From positions 1,674,001 through 1,738,000 of the forward strand of contig BCGN01000002.1 in the NCBI GenBank assembly GCA_001599295.1: 64,000 nucleotides of DNA, written 5' to 3'. Within the stretch, counting starts at the first letter, position 1. Every line of letters starts with the position of its first letter. Below, piece after piece: positions 1 through 12,751 of the stretch. The position numbers and the translations under genes are program-made. A model generated the notes under the pieces. The model did no database searches and had not been told where the DNA came from. It saw only the letters and a program-made list of their open reading frames with translations. The DNA is from Sporopachydermia quercuum. Its lineage: Eukaryota.

Positions 1-174
1 AATATCGGGTAGTTATTGAAAGAAATTTGCAATGANAACAACGAAAATGAAGCCATAGAACAAAGAAATCATGACACATGAAAATAAGAAAACGTAGAAA
101 TTATATATGTTTCAATAATATTAAGAAAGAAATGAGAATAGATCATTTTGAAGTCAGAAAAAAAGTTTACATAC

Positions 175-496
175 CATTTGATTGCCAGCGTTGATCTTCT
201 GGCTGAGGAGCCCATTTTCTTGAAGAATCCATGGGTTGATAAAAGCTACGAGAGTGAGCATGCTGATGATATCTTTGCTTAGTACTGTTATCACTTGACG
301 AGTAACATTTTTGAGAATTGATTAAATTATCGTTTGATACATTCAACAATGTTCTGTAGCAATGATTCGTAGGTGGTAGGTCAGAGCCAACACTAGAAGA
401 GATCGAACCATTTGACGTTGTTCGACTATGATGACTGTATCTCTTAGGATATCCGTGAAAGCTGTTTTCGGTTAAGGCGTTGCCAACAGAAGTCAT
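175..496 (-). CDS. Probable first exon of a gene that continues off the left edge of the window (Ser-rich N-terminus); positional candidate for an SRF1-like gene
   Basis: ATG at 496; the open frame runs into a GTATGT donor at 174-169. No recognisable domain. The identity hint is from synteny only. Confidence 0.45.
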
Positions 497-2804
497 TCTC
501 AAAATATTGTACGGTCCTAGTGGTTGGTCTTTTTTAACAATTGATCATTTTCAATCTTCAACCACATGACCTACTCTATACTTTTCTGATTATTGAAAAC
601 CAAAAGATTCTACTTTATCAAGCAGTAGTATACTCTTCATAACATTTTTCGGTTAGATAACCAATATTTCGAAAATCCCTTAATCTACNAAGTGAAGAAG
701 GAAAAAGAAATGAGAGATAGAGAGGAAAGAAGAAAGATATAAAGAATCTCAGAGAACGTGTAGCCTTTCCACTTGAACGAAACTGTTTTAGTATAGAGTT
801 ATCCAGCTCTCTATAACAACCATTATGAATTAGCCAGTAGTTCTAACTATACTCTATTGGATACAGCAGCATATTATAATTTTTTTTATTTTCTCAGTCA
901 TTCTTCGCCTATCTTAGAAAATCTAAACTTCGAGTTGATCGATTTGAGCAACACTTTTTGTTCTACAGTTCTAATAATACCATCATGCAAATTTTCGATA
1001 TGGTTACGTATAATGATTGTCTGTAAATGACCGATAAGATTTGTTCAATGTTACAAAATTCTAACGCTCTAATGGCTGCTTTGTGAAAATTTAATGATTT
1101 ATATGAAAACCTGATTGTCCATCGGCAATAACCTGATACTGACTACGGACACCAAGCTCAACCGACAATAAAAAAATTATTTTTCTTTGGTCAATTTCTG
1201 AGACTCCAACATAGTTAGTACATAGCAAATTGAATAATGCTNGTATTATAATAGTTTATCTGATTCATTGTAAATGATATTTCAACTTTTGAGAACAATC
1301 TCCTATATTTCAAATGATTCTTGTTGCGTATACGCTTGACTGTGTTGATAGTTTGGTTAGTATGAGGATATTAATNAGTGATTTCCTAATAAAGCGTTAA
1401 ATCCAATTTACCGTTGTAATTGGAAACTGAAACGCGATTCATTTGGTAAAGCATAAATTGTATCATTGGGGCAAACCCTTGCCTTGTGCAAGTTTCCACC
1501 TCAAAATGGATACATCTCATAATATTTNATTGGGAGAATGCTAACCTCATGCACACTATATGCAGAAAGCTGAATGAACAGCAAAGTTAAATNAATTACA
1601 GTACCTGATTCGGTAGGTACTACTTGGGGAAATGAATTTTTACGCGTNCAGGAATAACTCAATTCCAAAAATGCCATTCCAATTTACATTANGATTAGCT
1701 TAAGGTTTCATAAGTGAGATGAACCAAACTAAAATTAATTATTTGTCGAATTGCTAAAAATAGTTCTAATCATCTCATCTTCAAGGTATTAATGGATATT
1801 CGATTTTATTCGATTTNCTTGATTATTCCATTTGGAATGTTTCAAGCTTCTTATTGTTCAAAAGATGAGAAATCACAAATCACACCTTAATCTTAACGTG
1901 ATGAGGACAAGGTAGCCGAATATTGTTGAGACTGTAATATATATTTGAATTTGATTGAACTGGTTGCTCGGGGTTATTATCAAATTTACTGTCATGAAAC
2001 CAACTCCTGCTGAATGTTATTTTTAGAGGGTTTGAAAAATTAGGTTAACCAGATTTCCCTTAGTTGTTTACGAATTGCGCTAATGGACACCACTAAAAGC
2101 ATCCTGGCTCACATTCTAGGTGTTTATTNACTGCTTATTCTATTTTATTTTATTCTTTTCATCTTAATTACCTCAATTATAATTTCAATAAAATGANATA
2201 GTTTTAGTTGTAAAATGAAAGTACTGGCCGGTACTAACTGTAAACCTTTATTTAAGGGAAAGCGAATGTTTCTCTCAAATTTCAGGAAATCCAAGAACTC
2301 AATGTTTGTCCACTTCCATCGTAATTTCCACAGTTATTATTCCAGCAGGACAATAAATCTTCTGGGTGGACACCGAATATTCTTCATTTATGAAGGCATC
2401 GCATCCTATTNAAAATGAACGTACACCTTTTGGACAATTACCCAGTAGATTACCACAGTTGATGAATAGGGAGCATTACAAATCCATTTTTCATCTATAT
2501 TATAAGTAGGTCAGTCAAACATTCCAACATTACATATGCAGTATTACTATGTTACATCATTGAATTGAAAGGTAGAAAGAAGCCAAGAAAACTAGTGCCT
2601 GTTCTAAATTACAAACAAAGCAAGTTTGATGTATGGAATGACGTAGAGACCGATGTATTGAGTAAAACATATTATTTGGATCATTTTCTCTTGAATTAAA
2701 AAAGTTCTTACCAAAGAGTATATAACACAGCATACAATAATGTAATAAGACGGTGATACAAAGAAAATTTGCTTTTCTCGAAGCTTTCAGGAAGAGTAAA
2801 ATGG

Positions 2805-3117
2805 ATTAGCCCTGATGTCACGTGCTCCCTAATAGGTCTATAAACGTCACAGCTGTAATTGCTGAAACCTGGGCGACCCTTCATAAACCCTCTGACGGCT
2901 ACAACTTAAAAAAGGGACTNTTAACTTAAAAAGTGAGGACATAGTGGAAAGACTCCGTTAGAAAGGCAACTTAAGGGACTATAATTCTATGTAGACCCTG
3001 ACATTGTAGAATGAATCCATTCGCTTCTGTCGTTCAAGTAGGTATTTCCATTATAGGAAATTTCTTAGAAGCTTGTTTGGTGTACCAAATGAATTGTGTC
3101 ACTCATCGGCGAGTGAC
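2805..3117. promoter_or_regulatory. Putative ribosomal-protein promoter elements upstream of RPL41
   Basis: GTCACGTG E-box (about 2817-2824) flanked by CCCT/AGGG motifs (Cbf1/Tbf1-like), and an inverted repeat GTCACTC-N6-GAGTGAC at 3098-3117. Confidence 0.35.
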
Positions 3118-3368
3118 TCTACAATCTATTTCCATGCACAATAGCTGTGAATGATACGTCCCAGTCTTACTCCACCTACTACTTCTTCCCTCTACTTTCT
3201 CCTGAACTGTTCTTCTTCTGTCTAGCTAAAGAGTACACCTATTCAAAGAATTTGTTTCAACTATCGTGCTTTTTGCATATTATCATTGTTATTAATCCTG
3301 CAAGTAAGTTGTTATCAATCGAACATTGCAATTATTTGCAGTTACATATGTACTNACATATATATAGA

Positions 3369-3507
3369 ATGCGTGCCAAGTGGAGAAAGAAGAGAGTTAG
3401 AAGACTTAAGAGAAAGAGACGGAAGGTGAGAGCTAGAAGGTAAGTTTATTTGAAGTTTTGCTGAAGTATATCAAGGAATGGTCACTAACAAATATTGTAG
3501 CAAATAA
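3369..3507 (+). CDS. RPL41: 60S ribosomal protein L41 (eL41), exons 3369-3439 and 3501-3507
   Basis: Spliced product is MRAKWRKKRVRRLKRKRRKVRARSK. Intron 3440-3500 has GTAAGT, CACTAAC and TAG. Probable 5'UTR intron at 3304-3367 (GTAAGT..TACTNAC..TAG). Confidence 0.97.
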
Positions 3508-4542
3508 GCAACTTGTACCAAGCTTATGAAAGCCACCGGCAATTCCAATCAGCTCGTGTAATAATTCAACAAGAATTGTTACCAAAGTGAATCCAGAAGT
3601 TGTGAAGAAATCAATTACNAAGGGGGATGTTCATGGGCATCGAAGATCGATAACATGATATAATTATTGTATCTTGTTTTGTTATATGTCTTGTTTCTAG
3701 CTTTGACCAGCTTATCTATAGTCTTTTTTATCTGAATAAAGTCTGACTTTATTTGTATGTCTCCTGGTGTAGAGTCAAAGAGTAGGAATCCATTGGGTTA
3801 TGTAGTTCCATCTAGTTTTACGGTTCTTCATTTGAAACGATCCATTGCGAAAGGCATTGGATTATGCCTGGATCAAAGCTCGACAAATCATGTTTATAAT
3901 GCGTACCAATAATCACCAGGTTGGCTTGAAGTAAATTATTGATTATATGATCATTTGAGGCCATTGAGTGATACTTAAGGTTTGGTTGCAATGGATGCAT
4001 CAGTTCTAAACTACAATTGCTGCATTAATGACGCATTACATTATACGTTGACATAATAAATATGGTTCATACCAAGAAAAAGAGAGGAAAAAAAAGANGA
4101 AANTTTAAAATCAATATATAAATACACTTACTATTGTATAACATATCAACAAAAGCAGAAGTAGCGCGTCGCCTATGTTCACCGTTCTCTNGGTTCTATT
4201 GTATTATGTTCCTGCTGTTATATGCAGGTGCAATCTGTCAAATATCTTCATGCGTTCATATGCATGGTTCATGTACAACCCCTACCAGCCTACACCTCTT
4301 CCCATTTGACTTGCAGCCACACTTATCTTTCCTTTCGTAAACCAAAGCACATAAACATTCATAAATAACAATGGTCTCCTTCTCTTCATCATCTTTGCCA
4401 TTAGCGAATTATTGCGATTGAAGTAAAATAATCCATCAGGAGAATTTTTCAATTGACTGATATTTTTGATTTCTAATTGTTGGTGTATACGCGTACATAT
4501 TGAAATTGAAAGGAACAAAGTTGAGTTTGTAAGACTTTCAAC

Positions 4543-6620
4543 ATGGTAAGTTTGTTAATTGTCAATGGCTGTACAGGAGATATTGATGGTCAGCAAATAC
4601 AGAATTTGTTAATAGAACATTTGATTCTACTGCATTCAGCTTAAAAATCATCATATAATAATCAACTGATAATCTTATCTCTCTGTTCATCCTTAAATAT
4701 AAGATTCAAATGTGATTGCCTGCATATTTTAAGCAAATATTANGCTCAATGATTGATTCTAACACATACTAGGCTGGAGGGTTAGAAAACGCTCGTAAAG
4801 AGCTGAAGAATCTTTCTTTGGATGCTGCTGAAAGTGAATATGGGTATATCTACTCAGTCTCAGGTCCTGTCGTGGTAGCCGAACACATGATCGGATGTGC
4901 TATGTACGAGTTGGTAAAGGTAGGACATGATCATCTTGTAGGTGAAGTTATTAGAATTGATGGAGATAAAGCAACAATTCAAGTTTACGAAGAAACAGCT
5001 GGTGTTACTGTTGGTGATCCTGTTTTACGAACCGGAAAGCCATTATCTGTAGAACTAGGTCCTGGTTTAATGGAAACTATTTATGACGGAATTCAAAGAC
5101 CTCTGAAGGCCATCAAAGAGCTATCAAACTCTATTTACATCCCCAGAGGTATCGATACTCCTTCATTATCTAGAACCGTTAAGTACGATTTCAAGCCGGG
5201 AGCACTTAAAGTTGGTGATCATATCACAGGCGGTGATATATATGGTTCTATTTTTGAAAACTCTCTTGTATCTGACCATAAGATCTTGCTTCCTCCTAGA
5301 GCCAGAGGTACTATCACGAGCATTGCTGAAGCTGGCTCTTACTCAGTCGATGAAAAGATTTTGGAGATTGAATTTGGTGGCAAGACNTATTCTTATTCTA
5401 TGATGCATACCTGGCCTGTCAGAGTGCCTAGACCTGTGACAGAAAAACTCTCTGCAGATTATCCCTTACTTACTGGTCAAAGAGTTCTGGATTCTTTATT
5501 CCCATGTGTTCAAGGAGGTACCACTTGTATTCCTGGTGCCTTTGGTTGCGGTAAGACTGTTATCTCACAATCATTGTCAAAGTACTCTAANTCCGATGTT
5601 ATCATTTATGTAGGTTGTGGNGAAAGAGGAAATGAGATGGCTGAAGTACTTATGGAATTCCCCGAGTTATATACTGAGTTTGAGGGACGTAAAGAGCCTA
5701 TCATGAAGCGAACTACTCTTGTGGCCAATACTTCTAATATGCCTGTAGCAGCTCGTGAAGCTTCTATTTACACTGGTATTACATTGGCAGAATATTTCCG
5801 TGATCAAGGTAAGGATGTCTCCATGATTGCTGATTCATCATCTCGTTGGGCTGAAGCTTTACGTGAAATTTCAGGTCGTTTAGGTGAAATGCCTGCTGAT
5901 CAAGGTTTCCCTGCCTATCTAGGTGCCAAATTAGCCTCTTTCTATGAAAGAGCTGGTAAAGCTGTTGCTTTAGGTAATCCAAGCAGAATTGGCTCAGTTT
6001 CTATTGTTGCAGCTGTCTCTCCTGCTGGTGGTGATTTCTCCGATCCTGTTACAACATCTACGCTGGGTATTACACAAGTATTTTGGGGTTTGGATAAAAA
6101 GCTTGCCCAACGTAAGCACTTTCCTTCGATCAATACATCTGTTTCTTATTCAAAGTATACAAATGTGTTGAATAAGTATTATGATCAAAACTTCCCTGAA
6201 TTCCCATCACTTAGAGATAAGATCAGGGAAATCCTTTCTAATGCTGAAGAGTTGGAACAAGTTGTTCAATTGGTTGGTAAATCTGCTTTGTCTGACTCTG
6301 ATAAAATTACGCTAGATGTTTCCAATCTCATCAAAGAAGACTTCTTGCAACAAAATGGTTATTCTACATATGATGCATTCTGTCCAATTTGGAAGACCTA
6401 TGCTATGATGAAAGCATTTGTGGGTTACTATGAAGAAGCCCAAAAGTCTGCNGCCGGTGGTATTCCTTGGGCTAAATTGGCTGAAGCTACTTCTGATGTT
6501 AAGCATGCTGTTTCTAGTGCTAAGTTCTTTGAGCCAAGCTTGGGACAAGAAGCCGGAGAAAAAGAGTTTGAAAAGTTGCTATCAGATATGCAAGAAAAGT
6601 TTGCTGAAGCCAGTGATTAG
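4543..6620 (+). CDS. VMA1: V-ATPase catalytic subunit A, no intein; exons 4543-4545 and 4773-6620
   Basis: ATG|GTAAGT..TTCTAAC..TAG restores [26 protein letters not shown]-loop GAFGCGKT and VGCxERGNEM present. Confidence 0.98.
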
Positions 6621-6798
6621 AGGTGAAATTTAATGCTTTTGAATCGTTGACCAGTTGTATTTTGTTTTATTTTGTTTCCAAACTTTGACTGGTTTTTGGT
6701 GGTATTTTTCTTGCGTTCCATGACACTTCACATGAAGTAGTTTTATTATATTACTTAAAAATAGCGTTAATTTCAATAGTTTGATTTGTACTACGTAG

Positions 6799-7679
6799 CT
6801 AAAACTCGCATCTACTTGCTTTTGTAATCCAATTCCATACCGATTTCCATAAATCATGTTTTACTGCTTCTGAATTCTCNATTGCAACTCTAGGGGAGCG
6901 TTGTACAGAGCTGTAAGAAGGGGGTCGCATTACAGGTGGTTCGGCATCGATTATTACAGATGCGAAATTTCGTTGAGTATTGATAACAGACTCATGAGTT
7001 GATAGTTCAACAATATGATTTGAGGGTCCTTCAAGGTCGGATCCTCCTTCATCCACCGATTGAATAGCAGATGCTATTTGCGAGTATGACAATACTATAA
7101 TTTGATAGAACGTTAGTAGATTACGGGGTANTAAATAAGTACAATATCTTTCTATAACTTTTGAAAGGTCTTGATACACTCAGGTGAAGCAAATAAGGAG
7201 CTTGTGGGTGTATAAGCAGAATTCACTTCTGTATTACCTCTTGTTTGGGGAGGAATAGTTTGTCTAAAAAAAGACCAAATAGATTTGTTGTTTTCAGATG
7301 GTTCGTTTGTAGATGACATTCTGTAGAAAGGATGGTCTCCCGTTGTATAATCATAAGCTGTAGGTTGCGAAGGAGGCCTCCATTGTCTGAATCGATAGTC
7401 CATTTGTCTCACGACTGCATTGTTATCACCGGTTGAATTACTCTGATACAGATCATCGCTTTGTCTTTCAGATCCTGTGTTTCCAACACTATTAGTGTAT
7501 ACTGGAAACGGAGGGGTCTTGGGAAAAATGAAATGTTTGGGTATTACAAGCTCAAGTGAACTACCATTGTCTTCGGCAAGAATTGATAACTCGTGTTAGT
7601 TCATAGTATTCTAAGCTTTCAGCCTTATCTGGCGGTAGTGCATACCTTCAGTGAATTCTGGGGTAATAACTATAGACAT
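6799..7679 (-). CDS. Hypothetical protein of about 240 aa; exons 7679-7646, 7570-7178, 7094-6799
   Basis: Two introns with ACTAAC branch points (GTATGC..AAG and GTATCA..TAG) join ORFs 7152-7412 and 6799-7179 in phase. Contains a PPSY motif. The 3' end is uncertain. Confidence 0.55.
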
Positions 7680-8867
7680 TGTTTCGGTTCCATAAATAGA
7701 ATAGCTTTCCACTGCCCTTTGGAAATTTTATTTTACTTCCCCATAGAAAGCATTGGACTCGGTTTCTGTAATAAGTTAAAGGAGCTTAAGACTTCTGAAA
7801 TCAGAATACTATTTTCTGATGCATATACGAGTAGAAATTTCAGTGCTTGGAAAACGAAGCTGAATAGTTTAGATAGGATCAAAGTTAGCAAAATCCAACT
7901 ATCTTAATCAGCTTTAATNCAGACCATCTAATTGCAAGCTTGTTAGGAGGTATTTGTAACAAGAATATGGATTATATCTGGTTCTCTAAACAGAAACACT
8001 CTAAACTACTACTTTACACTATTCNTTATGAAAGAGGAAGGTATAAATGTATCAGCGATATAACCACAAATATGCAAAACAATGTATCAATATGCATGCA
8101 CGCGCATGCACTCAAAAACTTGGAGTTGGAATTTGGTTCTTGAAGGGACCTCAAGGGTCTGACTATTATTTTAGGANAGAAAACTTGTATAATGACATGT
8201 CACGGTGAAAAGAATGGTACTGTGAGCTAAGAATCATAGAAGTACTATCATTCACTTTCAAACCCTTTTAGAACACTTTTTTTTCTTCTACTTGGTAATC
8301 AGTTTGATATACATTGCAAAACTTTTATCTACAGCTGAGTAAGTCAGTTGTGCCTTCAAGAACAAAATCGAAATCTAGGAGTATGCTTCCTTGACCCCTT
8401 CTGACTTAATGCATCATTATGTAATTGCTTGATATTTCATCCTAGGACATGTGAAACTTAGTGTCAGAAAAGGTCCTGTGACACAAAGACATAGTAAACC
8501 AAGAAAAGTTTACAACCCAAGAAAGAAAGGCCACAGAAAGATGGATGAATCCTGTACTTGTTTGATGCTAGCACTTATATCACAGATTGGGAAAGGATCA
8601 ATTGATTATCAGAATATTTATTCAAAATCTTAGGGGTATTAATTATAGGACAAAATTAATTGTTCACAGTTAAATCACGTACAAAGTAGAGAAGAATCCT
8701 CAACATCGACTAACGAAGTCTGTGCGTTTTGTTGACACTAGTGTTATTGTTAGTTGTAGCTAGAAGGGGCATCAGCAAAGAAAGCATAAGAAAATTTAAG
8801 ATTGATTTATGAAAACTTCAACAAGTCATTAATATAAGCATATTGAGCATTAAGTTATCTGGTTACA

Positions 8868-9941
8868 ATGGAAGTTGATCAAGATATTCAGATGGAAGAT
8901 GCTCTGGACGTTGATGATCCTGGTCTTGATGATCCAGGATATCTTGAGTCTTCCAATAACTACTCCTTTGATCAATCATTTCAAAATCAACAAGAAGCAA
9001 GTGGACCACCAGATTTATCATCACAAGCTATAAATCAATTAGATGCATGGATTGAACAATTAAGCAAATGTCAACCATTGGATGAAACTCAAGTGTCCTC
9101 TCTTTGTAAGATGGCAGTTGATGTTCTGCAATTTGAACAGAATGTCCAACCAGTTCACGTTCCAGTGACAATTTGTGGTGATGTTCATGGTCAATTCCAT
9201 GATTTAATGGAGTTATTTAAGATTGGTGGTCCTTGTCCAGACACCAATTATTTGTTCATGGGCGATTACGTAGATCGAGGTTATTATTCAGTTGAAACAG
9301 TTTCATACCTAGTTGCTATGAAAGTGCGTTATCCCAACAGAATCACTATTTTAAGAGGTAATCACGAATCTCGTCAAATCACTCAAGTATATGGTTTCTA
9401 TGATGAATGTTTGAGAAAGTACGGAACTGCCAATGTTTGGAAAATGTTCACTGACTTATTCGACTATTTCCCTATCACAGCTCTTGTGGATGATCGTATC
9501 TTCTGTCTTCATGGCGGTTTATCACCTATGATTGAAAACATCGATCAAGTTAGAGATTTGAACAGATTTCAAGAAGTTCCACATGAAGGGCCAATGTGTG
9601 ATTTACTTTGGTCTGATCCTGATGATCGGAGTGGTTGGGGAATTTCGTTAAGAGGTGCTGGTTTCACTTTTGGTCAAGATATATCAGAGCAGTTCAATCA
9701 TACTAATAATTTGTCCCTAGTAGCAAGAGCACACCAGTTGGTGATGGAGGGTTATTCCTGGTCCCATCCTGACCTAGTGGTTACTATTTTTTCAGCACCT
9801 AATTATTGCTACAGATGTGGCAATCAAGCCGCTATTATGGAGGTTGACGAAACTCATAAACGACAATTTTTGCAGTATGATCCATCTGTTAGACCTGGTG
9901 AGCCTACTGTCACAAGAAAAACTCCTGATTATTTCTTGTAA
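8868..9941 (+). CDS. PPH21: Protein phosphatase 2A catalytic subunit (PPH21/PPH22 type)
   Basis: [30 protein letters not shown] motifs, C-terminal TPDYFL and an acidic N-terminal extension. Confidence 0.96.
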   Translation: MEVDQDIQMEDALDVDDPGLDDPGYLESSNNYSFDQSFQNQQEASGPPDLSSQAINQLDAWIEQLSKCQPLDETQVSSLCKMAVDVLQFEQNVQPVHVPVTICGDVHGQFHDLMELFKIGGPCPDTNYLFMGDYVDRGYYSVETVSYLVAMKVRYPNRITILRGNHESRQITQVYGFYDECLRKYGTANVWKMFTDLFDYFPITALVDDRIFCLHGGLSPMIENIDQVRDLNRFQEVPHEGPMCDLLWSDPDDRSGWGISLRGAGFTFGQDISEQFNHTNNLSLVARAHQLVMEGYSWSHPDLVVTIFSAPNYCYRCGNQAAIMEVDETHKRQFLQYDPSVRPGEPTVTRKTPDYFL

Positions 9942-10807
9942 ACGAGTTCAAGACTTAGGAGAAACTAGTTTTTACCATCGGATCGGCTTGATATCTTATC
10001 TTAGCTTCCTTTATTATTTAATCATGTACCATGTATCATTCTTCATCATTATCAAGGCTTTTCACCAGTATCCGACTAAGAAACATATTTTTCATATTTA
10101 TTTATAAATGTTTTACTATTTTCTCAGATTTCCACATCTCATTTATCATAAACATTGTTATTTGATTTATTTTTGTTTTCATGACACTTTGTATAGTAGC
10201 TAGATCTGCTTAGATCTTGTTCGGATTTTACTAATACAGTCTAATTCTATCTTTAAGTAGATTGGATTAACTTCATATTTGATTGTTTATTAAATGACCA
10301 TCTATAACTTTTTTCAGTTTTATCGTTATTNGCATGTAAGCTATCATCGAAGTACTATTTACTAATATACTGGGTTGGGTGTCTTTGTTTTGAAGGAAAG
10401 AAAAATAAGTGGGACTTCTCTTTTCGATCTCTTTGTTCTTGTAATTCAATGCCACAACAAAAGATTAAACTAACGTATAGGAAAAAAACTTGTTATCATT
10501 TATTTTTCCTTAACATTATCTCAAATTATCAGAATTTCTAACGAAATATTTATTCAGAGTATATAGATGGACTACCATCCATTTACTATTTCATGCGTAA
10601 TTTTTGACTAGGCATACTGAGTATGGGTATTTATTTAAGCACATCATACTAAACCTTCTCGCACCAAACCAATATCATCATCACTATTTTATAATCTATA
10701 TTCATAGCATATTCGAAGGACCTAATAAAATCCAAGAAGAGTATCAGATTATATATTTTTCAATTTCTCCATCAATTAGTGGAAGACTTCTAGTTTTATT
10801 TATTACT

Positions 10808-12106
10808 ATGTCGTGTAAGTTCATACAGGCCATCAACACGAGTTAGAATGCTCATAAAACTATAATCCAGNTAAGAAACTAACAAAGCGATTATTTTCCA
10901 GTCACTGAAGAAGACTTACGGAAGTACCTGCGAAACTATTCAGGCCCCAATCTCGTNGAGAGAATCTCTTATATTATTGATCTTGACTCTGAGTTTACAC
11001 CACTTTGTCAAGTGATTGCTTTGGAATACATTTCTGACAATCATGTGAGCTCTTATCTTTTGCCTAAGTTCGTAGATACTCCAAATGAACAAGAGTATCT
11101 TAAAGATAGAAAACCAAGTACTACTATGGAGTGTTTATATCAAGGTGATTTTTTAAGGGCAATGAGGAATATAACGTCTCAATCGGCGTCATTGGATAGT
11201 TTACATGATATATTTCGAAGAACAATTCAAATGGCCAATGTAGCGCTAATAGATAAAAGCTATAATGATGCAGTTAGTCACATAGCCAAGCTAGATAATT
11301 TACTAGCCGATTCCTACAAAGATAATGATGAATATTTTCACTCTCCATTAATCAAGTCTAGTTTCAACCTTGAAGAGCTAGAAACTATATGGAGTCTGAA
11401 GTCAATGCAAATTGTCAGCCTATTCGCAAAAGGAAGTTTTTACGAAGCTGCCGTTAAGTTCATTGCTTTATTCAACACAGAGGCACCTGAAAATGTAACA
11501 TTGAAGCCACCTATAACACATCTGATAAATACNATAAGCGGTCCTGAAATAACTGATATGATTTTTACGGGGACGGATGTAGTGATATACATCATTATGG
11601 CTATACTGGCGACCTTTGATTCCCATGCTATCGGTGCTTTCATTGAGCATGACAGGTTTTATGATCTAACAGAAAATGTGGATCCAGATATTGTTCGACT
11701 TCTCTTTGTTTACCGAGACTCCAAGTATCGCGATGTTATAGGGATTCTCGAAAAATTCGAAACTAGGTTTTCGATAGATTTAATACTTGGTCCTAATTTG
11801 AAACACTTAGAAAGATTAATTAGAGATAGAATGATACTACAGTTCTTATCAGTGGTGTATAGGGCAAAAATCACTGATCTTGCTGAAACATTGGGATTAG
11901 AAAGTCAAGATTTACGACANGAGATAAAACTGTTGGTGGAGACATTAGAGTTAAATATGAGATTGGACTCTATTAAAGATGAAGTTTTCTACGTCGAAAA
12001 TAAGAGTAAACTAGAAGATTCTTTATTTGAAACNTCCTCAGATTTTGCAAAGGCTGCTAGGACAGCTTCAATCATTAGTTCTGCTATACANAACAAGTTG
12101 ATTTGA
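10808..12106 (+). CDS. CSN1: COP9 signalosome subunit 1-like PCI-domain protein; exons 10808-10814 and 10902-12106
   Basis: Intron GTAAGT..AACTAAC..CAG gives an N-terminus MSFTEEDLRKYLRNYSGPNLVERISYI resembling CSN1. C-terminal PCI-like helical/winged-helix region. Confidence 0.65.
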
Positions 12107-12128
12107 AAATATTCTTATGTCGAATAAG

Positions 12129-12751
12129 TCACAGCTTGCTGGTCAACTTCTGCGCCCTATCTTTCGCAATATCACACATAGCCTAGAAGACGGACAATGT
12201 TAGAATAAATCAAGTGGATACTATCCAGTTACTTTCTACCAATTGTAAATACTTACATCGAAAGCTTCTCTTCTTTCTTCATTTATATCACCGCGTGCGA
12301 TTCTAACTTTCATGTTTTCCATGATGGTTTCTCTAGATCTTCCGTTTACGAATACAACATATCTCAATCCAGGAAATTTTTTTTCATAGAGATCGTTTAA
12401 ATCTTTCAGTTTTTTTGCTTCTTCCTGTGTTGCTTTTTGTAGACTAGCTTGTTCAGCTTGAGAGTGAGAGCTCTCGACCTTTTTCGCTCCTAGTCTCGGA
12501 TGTGCAGCTATGATTTTGGCAATCTTTTCATCCACAGGAGGATTTGATACTTGATTGTTAAGATAATTTAATAAAAATGATCGNGAAGCTTCAATAAGCT
12601 CCGTGTAAGTAGTGTATGAACTGTTCAACACATTAGGGATCAGCAGACTGTTCAGGGTTGTGCATTTCTCAAACAAATGAGTTAATAAAGTCTCTTTCTC
12701 TTCTAAAGATAATGTTGCGATCTCTGAGGGATCAGGTAGAGTATATATCAT
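12129..12751 (-). CDS. OHCU decarboxylase (urate to allantoin pathway); exons 12751-12257 and 12182-12129
   Basis: AHPRLG, SQAEQ, LNDLYEKKFPGLRYVVFVNGRSR motifs. Intron GTAAGT..TTCTAAC..TAG restores the C-terminal AMCDIAKDRA. Confidence 0.9.

Noticed and set aside
500..2800. Short ORF 2215-2418 and the surrounding intergenic DNA
   Set aside because: No protein-like similarity or consistent splice model; treated as promoter DNA.
3145..3210. Possible C/D snoRNA upstream of RPL41
   Set aside because: Imperfect C box and no recognisable rRNA guide; it looks like an ordinary pyrimidine-rich core promoter.
3147..3443. 98-aa ORF ending in the L41 sequence (apparent fusion)
   Set aside because: It uses a GTG start and reads through the promoter and 5'UTR intron; the true ATG is 3369.
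6630..6857. 75-aa ORF as a fourth exon of the orphan gene
   Set aside because: No donor/acceptor pair in a compatible phase was found.
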